NCBI GenBank assembly: GCA_963826525.1
Contig: CAWGXH010000003.1
Coordinates: forward strand, 12,570-44,569
From: an uncultured Methanomicrobiaceae archaeon
GTDB taxonomy: Archaea; Halobacteriota; Methanomicrobia; Methanomicrobiales; Methanoculleaceae
Length of the DNA stretch: 32,000 bases
Direction of reading: 5' to 3'
In this document: in pieces, positions 18,552 to 25,272 of the stretch
Layout: each line of letters starts with the position of its first letter
Position numbering within the stretch: the stretch's first letter is position 1
The notes under the pieces: model-generated
Database searches by the model: none
The model's input: only the letters and a program-made list of their open reading frames with translations
Told to the model about the DNA's origin: nothing
Position numbers and translations under genes: made by a program

Positions 18552-19491
18552 TTACACCCCCTCCCGGCCGGAGGCCGGCTTCATCGCCTCAAGTGCGCTC
18601 TTGAGACGTGCCACGGTCATCGGGTGCCGGACGCAGACGATCGAGGCGCCTGCCGCCAGCGCAGAAAAGGCGGTGTAGAACTCCCAGGCAACCGCCATCG
18701 CGTCCCTCTCGCCGGCCGCCGCCTCTCTCACCTCCCTGACCGCAAGCGCATCGGTGGCGGCGCTGATCATCGGCATGGCGAGATCGGCATCTCCGGCGAG
18801 CCCGGCCGTCCTGACCCGCTCCATCACCGAGTACCAGGTACTCGAACCCGTACCCGAGCGCTCCCGTATAGGGATCGATCACGATCCGGTCCCGCGCAAC
18901 ACCGGTCTCCTGCAGAAGGATGTTCAGCTGCTTTGCCAGGTTGATGTCGATGGGGGACTGGGCGATCACCGCATGGCCGTAGGCGAGCGCCGCGGCGGCG
19001 ACGCTCCGGTAGCGGTCGGCTTCCGCGGTCCCGAGCAGAAGCCGTTCGCCCTCTCCGGCCTCGCCGCACCGCCTGAAGACCTCGCTGTCGAGCTCCGGTT
19101 CGCTGCTCCCCTCTACGATGAGGGGACGGGATGTTGCCTCAAGCACCCGTTCCATCGTCCCGGTGATGGCTGAAAAATCGTCGAAACCGCGTCGCTTCGT
19201 GCTGGTGAAGTTCAGCCGCACCAGATCCGCACCCCAGGTGCGCTCCGCCGTCTTCGCCCATTCGTCCGGCTGATCCGCGAGATCCCCCACGTAGTCGCGG
19301 ATAACCGGCGGCCAGAACTGGGGCTCGTCGCAGATTTCAAGCGCGACGAGCAGCCGGTCGGGCCCGGCCTCCGTGAAGGGGAGAGCGCTCTCTCCGCCGA
19401 TCCGGTAGGAGACCTCCCGCGTTCCCCCTTCGCTCCGGGTGGCGCCGAGCTGCACGTCGAGTATTGTATCCTCTTTCTCTGTCAATTGCAT
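18552..19491 (-). pseudogene. acsD: corrinoid iron-sulfur protein small subunit (AcsD / CdhD-like), interrupted by a +1 frame change at 18834-18837
   Basis: MQLTEKEDTILDVQLGATRSEGGTREVSYRIGGESALPF...IDPYTGALGYGFEY lies in one frame, the tail of the 999-aa ORF. YSVMERVRTAGLAGDADLAMPMISA...VCVRHPMTV... lies in ORF 18552..18827. A GAGGACGGAG SD-like element precedes ATG 19491. Confidence 0.85.
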
Positions 19492-19499
19492 CTCCGTCC

Positions 19500-21531
19500 T
19501 CAAATAAGGGGTTTCATCTTCAGGTACCGGATGGTCGACCCGCTCAAGGAACGCAATCAGGTCTTCAAGCGTCGGTGCGGTCGTCTCGTCCGCGATCTTC
19601 TCCAGAAGATCCGGCATGCCGAGCCCCTCCAGTCTCGCACGCAGCCGATCCCGCAGCTCCTCCTTGAGGGTCGCCGGCATCCAGACGACCCGTTCGATGC
19701 CGTTCTCCGCCTGGAGGAACCGGTCGCTGACGATATAGTTCTTGGATACTCCGACGAACCCCGGGGTCTGCGCTCCGCCCCCGATAGTGCCGGCAAGGGT
19801 GGAGAAGGTCATCCCGAGCGGGGTCTCGCCGCCGAAGTCCCGGGTGACGATCAGGATACCGCTCGTCTCCGGGACGATGGCCGCGATGCACTCAAAGCAT
19901 CCGCAGGCGGTCATCGGGTTCTCCAGCATGCTGTACAGGGAGACCCTGTCCGTCTCGCCGTGAGACGCCTTCTTCACGAACCGGTTCACGCCCGAGAACT
20001 CTCCGAGCACCGAATCGATCGCCTCGCCTTTCCGGACGGGCTGGTTTGCCCCGGCCGGGGTGATCTCGTATGCGATGCGGGCATCGAGCCAGGTGATGGC
20101 GCCGCAGAGCGCAGGGCGTTCGGGGGTGATGATGCAGACGTGGTTTGGGGCGAACGTCTGGCAGAGGGTGCAGGAGTAGAAGGTCTCCACGTCCTCGTCC
20201 TTCATGCCGGCGATCCGCTCGTCCCGTTCGGCGTACAGTGCACGGGCCTCCGGGAGCATCTCCCTGACCTTTTGGCCGTCGGTGACCAGCGTCACCTGCA
20301 CGGCATCGATATGGTCGGGAAACTCCATCCTGAACTTGTGGGCGAGCAGTGTTCCGAGATCGCCGATCGTCACCCCTTTGGCGACCGCATCCTTCGAGAT
20401 ACGCACCCAGATCAGGTCGCGCTGCGCGACATGCCACGACCCCTCGCCGTAGTTGATGAACGTATGGATTCTCCGCTCCAGCACCGGTTCGTAGTCCTTC
20501 TTCATCCTCTGCCCTGCAACGTCCACGAGAATGGCAAGGGGGAGGGCGGCGCCCGGGGCGACCGAGTCCACGTCCGGGCCGACGACGCTGACCGCACCGT
20601 CACGGACCTCATCCGCCGGACGCATCCGGAGGAGCTCGAATGCCGGTGTCCGTCCCCCGCCGAACTCCACGTACATCTCTTCCTTGCGGATGCTCTTCCC
20701 CTCAAAAGCGGGAGAACAGGCCATGGGGATAGGTATCGCAGTGACGGCGACCTTGATCCCTCGCATCTCCATTCCCGTCCTGACGATGTCGGCGGGAGTG
20801 GTGCGGATCCAGGTCCCTCCTTCGTAGCCGCCCGTCGTGAGGATCGGAATGCCGAGAACCTGCAGTGCCTCGACGAACGCGATCTCCTCATCCGTGAGAC
20901 CGGGGAAGGCAACGACGAATGCTTTTGCCCGTTGTGCGGCGTAGACCAGCAGGCGGTCGAGATCGCCGGGCTGAACCCCGCCGAACATCATCGCGACACG
21001 GGCGATGATATCGGCAAAGTGGATTCCATCCGCCCCGTCGGGACCCAGCGGCACCAGGCGGTAATCGAGCCCCACGTGGACGCCGGCCTCGCCCAGGGTC
21101 GATACGACCCCGCCTGCGAGGAACGTGAGCAGGTACTTCTCCTGCATCTCCCTGCAGATGGCGGCCGCCGCTTCACCGCTCTCGGGCCTCCCTACGAGGA
21201 GACCGATGCCGACGACACTCCCGTCGACCAGCGAGTAGCCGAGCTTCCGCAGTACGGCATCGCCGATAAACCCCGTGTACGGCTCCCCTTTACCGCCTTC
21301 CGCGGCGCTTCGTGCCGCCATCAGGCACTCGGACGCGACGAGCGGATTCATTCCCGACCGCTCGTATGCATCCCGGGCCTCGTCTGCGGTCCGCACGGCC
21401 ATGCCGGTGACGGCGTACGTAACGGGGAGGGCGTACGCAGTCCCTTCGTATGAGAACTGCCCCTCCAGCCGCTGCATGGCACTATCGAGGCTGGTATTTC
21501 CGTGCTGCACCGCCGCATCGATACTGTTCAT
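19500..21531 (-). pseudogene. acsB: acetyl-CoA synthase catalytic subunit, bacterial AcsB type (with N-terminal domain); +1 frame change at about 19527 removes its stop and fuses it to acsD as written
   Basis: Starts MNSIDAAVQ (ATG 21531, AGGAGG 6 nt upstream). Motifs: TGFIGD, RRIHTFINYGEG, SCTLCQTFAPNHVCIITPERPALCG and A-cluster CGCFEC. After ...ERVDHP the +1 frame reads YLKMKPLI* (TGA 19500-19502), matching the bacterial AcsC-terminus pattern HPxLxMxPL as I recall it from Moorella. Confidence 0.9.
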
Positions 21532-21569
21532 ATCGGTACCTCCTGTATGGTGAGATCGGAGTGCAAGGG

Positions 21570-21575
21570 TATAAA
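21570..21575 (-). promoter_or_regulatory. TATA box for the acs operon
   Basis: Minus strand CCATTTATACCC lies about 40 nt upstream of the acsB ATG. The predicted short 5' UTR contains AGGAGG. Confidence 0.5.
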
Positions 21576-21591
21576 TGGTCGCTCGCACGTC

Positions 21592-21608
21592 ACCGCTTCC
21601 GGAGCGGT
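21592..21608. promoter_or_regulatory. inverted repeat ACCGCT-N5-AGCGGT just upstream of the acs TATA box
   Basis: 6-bp arms, 17-33 nt upstream of the TATA and 35 nt after the DUF2115 stop. Candidate operator or stem-loop. Confidence 0.3.
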
Positions 21609-21642
21609 TGACGATGAGGAAGATCCGGCCGGGCGAGGATCC

Positions 21643-22284
21643 CTACGGCATCTCGCTCTGCTCCGCGGGGCAGAAGTTGCAGAGCGAGTGGGGCACGTCC
21701 TTCTCCCGGTCGCGGATGGGGCAGAGGAACCTGCCGCTCCTCTCCTCCACGGCAAACCCGCCGGGAAACGGCATCCCGACCGGGTGGCCGGGCCGGTCGA
21801 GGACGAACATCTCGAACGCCGCGACGAGATAGTAGAAGAAGCGGTGACGGGGCTCATAGTTGTCCGCCCGGGTATCGTCCCAGCGAAAGCACCCTTCCGG
21901 CACCATGGCGAAGTATGCAAAAGCCTGCTCCCGATCGGCGATCGGCCCGGTCAGGGCAGTGAAGCGCCCGCTCCGGTGCATCGAGAGGAGACGGTGGTAT
22001 GCGCCGAGGATCTGCTCGGTGAAATACGGGCGCACCGCCTCGCGGTAAGGCGAGGGGAGATCGCGCACCTCACGGTAGAGCCGTCCGCCGATCACCTGGA
22101 GGTCGGCGAGCGTATACCGCTCCGCCTCTCGTGCAAGCAGCGTGCCGAGCTCCCCTTTCGTCCGTGCGGCTGCGAGGGAGCTGCAGACCTCCTCGATATG
22201 CAGCCGTTCGGGGTCTGCAGCCGGTCTATCGTGGTGCATGGTGTTTGATCTTCCGGGTACGCCGGGAGGGGTAAAAAATTTCAC
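21643..22284 (-). CDS. DUF2115 / UPF0305-family protein (methanogen-associated, unknown function)
   Basis: C-terminal pattern RPGHPVGMPFPGGFAVEERSGRFLCPIRDREKDVPHSLCNFCPA is as I remember for UPF0305. The ORF track start is GTG 22284; ATG 22239 (MHHDRPAAD...) is an equally plausible start. Confidence 0.7.
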   Translation of the reverse strand: MKFFTPPGVPGRSNTMHHDRPAADPERLHIEEVCSSLAAARTKGELGTLLAREAERYTLADLQVIGGRLYREVRDLPSPYREAVRPYFTEQILGAYHRLLSMHRSGRFTALTGPIADREQAFAYFAMVPEGCFRWDDTRADNYEPRHRFFYYLVAAFEMFVLDRPGHPVGMPFPGGFAVEERSGRFLCPIRDREKDVPHSLCNFCPAEQSEMP

Positions 22285-22299
22285 TCCTCCGGGTCTTTC

Positions 22300-23355
22300 T
22301 CAGAGCCACCGTCTCCGCCAGAACCAGATCAGCATCGCGACTGCGATGGTCGCCATCCCGGCGAGCGCCGCCGGGTATGCCCAGTGGTAGCCGAGCTCGG
22401 GCATATACCGGAAGTTCATCCCGTAGACCCCGGCGACGAAGGTGAGCGGGATGAAGATCGTCGCGATGACGGTCAGGACTTTCATCACTTCGCTCATCCG
22501 CCGGCTCTGCTCGGAGAGGTAGAGGTCGAGGATGCCGGCGGCCGTGTCACGGTAGGTCTCCACCGTCTCCGCCACCTGGACGGTATGGTCGTAGACGTCC
22601 CGGAGGTATACCCGCGTCGTCTTCCGGATAAGGGGCGACTCCCCGCGTTCGAGGGCGCTCACCACCTCCCGGAGCGGCCAGACCGAGCGCCGGAGTTCGA
22701 TCAGTTCCCGTTTTGCAGCATAGATCGCCTGGAGGGTTCCTCCGTCCGCAGACGCGAGCACCTCCTCTTCGATCCCCTCGAATGCGTCTCCGTACTCCTC
22801 GAGCACCTGGAAGTAGCCGTCGACCACGGCGTCGAGCAGGGCGTAGGTGAGGTAATCCGCTCCCTCTTTCCTGATACGGCCCCGGCCGGACCGGAGCCGC
22901 TCCCGTATCGGATCGAAGACGTCTCCTGCCCGCTCCTGAAACGAAACGACGAATGAAGGCCCGAGGACCAGGCTGACCTGCTCGCTCCGGACGGCGCCCT
23001 CCTCATAGGACAGCATCTTCGTGACGACGTAGATGTAGTCTTCGTACTCCTCCGTCTTCGGCCGCTGCCGCGTGTTGACGATATCCTCCTCCGTCAGCGG
23101 GTGGAGGCCAGCACGATCCCCGATCGCCTTGATAAGCCCGGTCTCGTAGAGGCCGTTCACGTTCACCCAGGTTATAGACCTGCCCCGAAGGTCGGGGAGG
23201 CTCTCCGGGGCGACGGCGCACTGCTCGTCGTAGTGCTGCTCGTCGTAGGTGATCACCGATATCGTGACGGGTTCGTCCTGCCGCTCGCCGATATGGACCA
23301 GCGTTCCCGGCGGGAGCCCCTGTTTCGATGCCCCTCGGGGCGGATCGGACGTCAT
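22300..23355 (-). CDS. corA: CorA magnesium/cobalt transporter
   Basis: 351 aa with two C-terminal TM helices and the YGMNF motif (GVYGMNFRYMPEL). 4-nt overlap with the upstream MscS gene. Confidence 0.95.
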   Translation of the reverse strand: MTSDPPRGASKQGLPPGTLVHIGERQDEPVTISVITYDEQHYDEQCAVAPESLPDLRGRSITWVNVNGLYETGLIKAIGDRAGLHPLTEEDIVNTRQRPKTEEYEDYIYVVTKMLSYEEGAVRSEQVSLVLGPSFVVSFQERAGDVFDPIRERLRSGRGRIRKEGADYLTYALLDAVVDGYFQVLEEYGDAFEGIEEEVLASADGGTLQAIYAAKRELIELRRSVWPLREVVSALERGESPLIRKTTRVYLRDVYDHTVQVAETVETYRDTAAGILDLYLSEQSRRMSEVMKVLTVIATIFIPLTFVAGVYGMNFRYMPELGYHWAYPAALAGMATIAVAMLIWFWRRRWL

Positions 23356-24335
23356 GACGCTCCCTCGAAGGGTCCTCCCTCGTAGACGATGACATTCTCG
23401 GTGGCGATGGCGATGGAACCGGCCTCTTCGACCGCTTCCAGCAGTCTTCGCGAGAGTTCATCCTTCAGAATCCTGCGTGTCCGCACCTCGGTCACGTACC
23501 TGATATCGAAGGTGATCCAGTTGTCGGTGAGCGTCAGGTAGATCGAGGGTTCGACGACCTTCTTCGGGAAGTAGTACTTCTCGCCGATCCGGGCGATCTC
23601 ATACTCCGCACGGTCGGTGAGCTCCCGTGTCTCCTCCCTGACGATCTCGAGGAAGAGTTCGGCTGCCCGTCTCCAGTCCGAGTCGTAGGTGATGGGGATC
23701 GAGATCTCGTCCCAGATAAAGGAGTGGTCTTTGGTGAAGTTGAAGGTCTTGGAACCGAGGATGGCACCGTTCGGCACCGTCGTGATACGTCCTGTCGGCT
23801 GGTCGCCCTGTACGCCCCGCTCGTGGATCTCGAGGAGGGTGGTGTTCAAAATCCCGATATCGATGACGTCTCCAAGCGTCTCCTCAAGCTCGATCCGGTC
23901 GCCGACGGTGTAGATCCGGGAGACGAAGATCTGGATGCCGCCGACGAAGTTCTTGAAGAGGTCCTGGAGCGCGATGGCGATGCCGGCACCGATGATGCCA
24001 TAGGCGACGAAGATGTAGTTCGTGTCGATCCAGATCCGGACGGCGATGACGGCGATGACGATATAGTAGAGCACTGAAAAAGTGCGTTTGAACGAGTAGC
24101 GTGTCTTCGGCTCCCGTATCTGCCGGAGCGCGATCCAGCGGATGACGAGAAAGACGAGGTAGATGATCGTTACGGCAAGGAAGGTGAGGTAGAGTTTTTC
24201 AAGGGAGATATCGGGGAAGATCCGATCCGCCAGCCAGAACGATACCGTCAGGCCCGCAAGGAGCGCGAAGCTGACCAGCACCCGTGCGGTATCCCGCATA
24301 CCCTCGTTTTGCTGCTTCTGGTCTTCGCCGTCCAT
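23352..24335 (-). CDS. mechanosensitive ion channel, MscS family
   Basis: 327 aa. Three or four N-terminal TM helices are followed by the MscS beta-domain (GDRIELEETLGDVIDIGILNTTL). Confidence 0.9.
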   Translation of the reverse strand: MDGEDQKQQNEGMRDTARVLVSFALLAGLTVSFWLADRIFPDISLEKLYLTFLAVTIIYLVFLVIRWIALRQIREPKTRYSFKRTFSVLYYIVIAVIAVRIWIDTNYIFVAYGIIGAGIAIALQDLFKNFVGGIQIFVSRIYTVGDRIELEETLGDVIDIGILNTTLLEIHERGVQGDQPTGRITTVPNGAILGSKTFNFTKDHSFIWDEISIPITYDSDWRRAAELFLEIVREETRELTDRAEYEIARIGEKYYFPKKVVEPSIYLTLTDNWITFDIRYVTEVRTRRILKDELSRRLLEAVEEAGSIAIATENVIVYEGGPFEGAS

Positions 24336-24351
24336 AATCTCGACCTCTCCG

Positions 24352-24585
24352 TCACATAATCTCTTTCGCCCGGGCAGCGATGCGCCCTATCCAGAGTGTC
24401 GCGAGGACGGCGATGACCGTCACGACGACCGCGTAGACGAGCATTGCCGGGATGGTGGTCTGCGGCCCGAAGTACTCCTTGAATAGTGCCTGGATAGCCG
24501 AGTTCCATGCGAGTGCCGCGACCAGCCCGAAGGCAGCGGTGATGAGTGCGGCCATTTTGTCGATAACATCCGTGGTGGGCGGCAT
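24352..24585 (-). CDS. small two-TM membrane protein (AFGLVAALAWN family, possibly DUF5654), paralog 1
   Basis: 77 aa. About half of its residues are identical to the 24904..25170 product by eye (IDK.A.LIT.AFGLVAALAWN.AIQA.F...IPA.L.YA..VT.IAV.AT.WIGR.AARA). It lies 16 nt upstream of mscS. Confidence 0.75.
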   Translation of the reverse strand: MPPTTDVIDKMAALITAAFGLVAALAWNSAIQALFKEYFGPQTTIPAMLVYAVVVTVIAVLATLWIGRIAARAKEIM

Positions 24586-24623
24586 CGGAGACTCTCTGAT
24601 ATTCGGATAGGAACTCCGGCATC

Positions 24624-24636
24624 ATATACTTATAGC
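24624..24636 (-). promoter_or_regulatory. TATA-box candidate for the small-protein/mscS/corA unit
   Basis: Minus strand GCTATAAGTATATG, about 45 nt upstream of ATG 24585. Confidence 0.35.
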
Positions 24637-24643
24637 CCTCTGC

Positions 24644-24661
24644 GTGCACCGATCGGTGCAC
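24644..24661. promoter_or_regulatory. perfect 18-bp palindrome GTGCACCGATCGGTGCAC immediately upstream of the TATA candidate
   Basis: Read directly from the sequence; the 9-bp half-sites have no mismatch. Its position fits a dimeric transcription-factor site. Confidence 0.4.
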
Positions 24662-24802
24662 CGGGCTGCCGGGAGCGGCCGGTGAAAAGAGATGGTGATC
24701 GCGGGGATGGCGAGGATGCCTGGAGACCCGTCCCGGGATTGAGAGCAGATCCGGAAAAGGCTCTCTGATCGAAGGTATTCTCACTCATCGTGTCGGCAGA
24801 AC

Positions 24803-24872
24803 GATCGCGGGCACGGCCTGTAGAGGATAACCGCATCGGTAAGAGAGTGCGGGAGGGGGCTCGCCCCCTCCT
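24803..24872. repeat. dispersed intergenic repeat, copy B
   Basis: Matches 12531-12600: shared 5' block GATCGCGGGYACGGCCTGTA and an identical 26-nt 3' core (24847-24872) forming the GGGAGGGGG-CTCG-CCCCCTCC hairpin. It lies about 30 nt 3' of the stop at 24904. Confidence 0.6.
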
Positions 24873-24903
24873 GGAAGAGTGTTTCGGGGCAGCCCCCGGT
24901 GCT

Positions 24904-25170
24904 TTAGGCCTTTCCCTTCTCGGCCATCCGCTGCTCTCCCTGTGCCCGGGCGGCTACCCGCCCGATCCAGATAGTCGCAATGACGGCGATGATCGTGACG
25001 AGAATCGCGTACCCGAGCAATGCCGGAATGGCGCTCTGCGTCCCGAATATCGCCGTAAATATCGCCTGAATCGCCCCGTTCCATGCAAGTGCGGCGACCA
25101 GCCCGAAGGCCACCGTGATGAGTTCGGCTACCTTATCGATAATTTCTGCCTGTAGTGCCAAAGAGGACAC
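24904..25170 (-). CDS. small two-TM membrane protein, paralog 2
   Basis: 88 aa with a GTG start. Paralogous to 24352..24585, with a basic/acidic C-terminal tail. Confidence 0.75.
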   Translation of the reverse strand: MSSLALQAEIIDKVAELITVAFGLVAALAWNGAIQAIFTAIFGTQSAIPALLGYAILVTIIAVIATIWIGRVAARAQGEQRMAEKGKA

Positions 25171-25197
25171 CTCCGGGTGAGCGATACGGTGCTCCCC

Positions 25198-25207
25198 TCC
25201 TTAAATG
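25198..25207 (-). promoter_or_regulatory. TATA-like element (CATTTAAGG on minus strand) about 30 nt from the GTG start at 25170
   Basis: The spacing would give a leaderless or near-leaderless transcript. The match is weak. Confidence 0.3.
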
Positions 25208-25272
25208 TTTGCTACACTTTCGGGACGTCCGGTATACCCATAACTAACAAGCCCTCCAACGTCGAAGTATAA

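Noticed and set aside
18589-21588. The 999-aa ORF taken at face value as a natural AcsB-AcsD fusion protein.
   Set aside because: The +1 frame at about 19527 yields a canonical AcsB C-terminus and TGA, followed by an SD-like element and the acsD ATG. The far end of the ORF (after about 18835) is junk while the true AcsD C-terminus is in another frame. The first 19 codons upstream of ATG 21531 lack homology.
22273-22278. T6 (minus strand) after the corA stop as a terminator.
   Set aside because: It falls inside the possible N-terminal extension of the DUF2115 ORF, and no promoter-like element lies between it and the alternative DUF2115 start. Whether it marks a transcript end or coding sequence is undecidable here.
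24630-24836. 68-aa minus-strand ORF in the spacer between the two small membrane genes.
   Set aside because: Its product is low-complexity and Ser/Arg/Pro/Gly-rich. It spans the palindrome and part of the dispersed repeat, and it has no start context.
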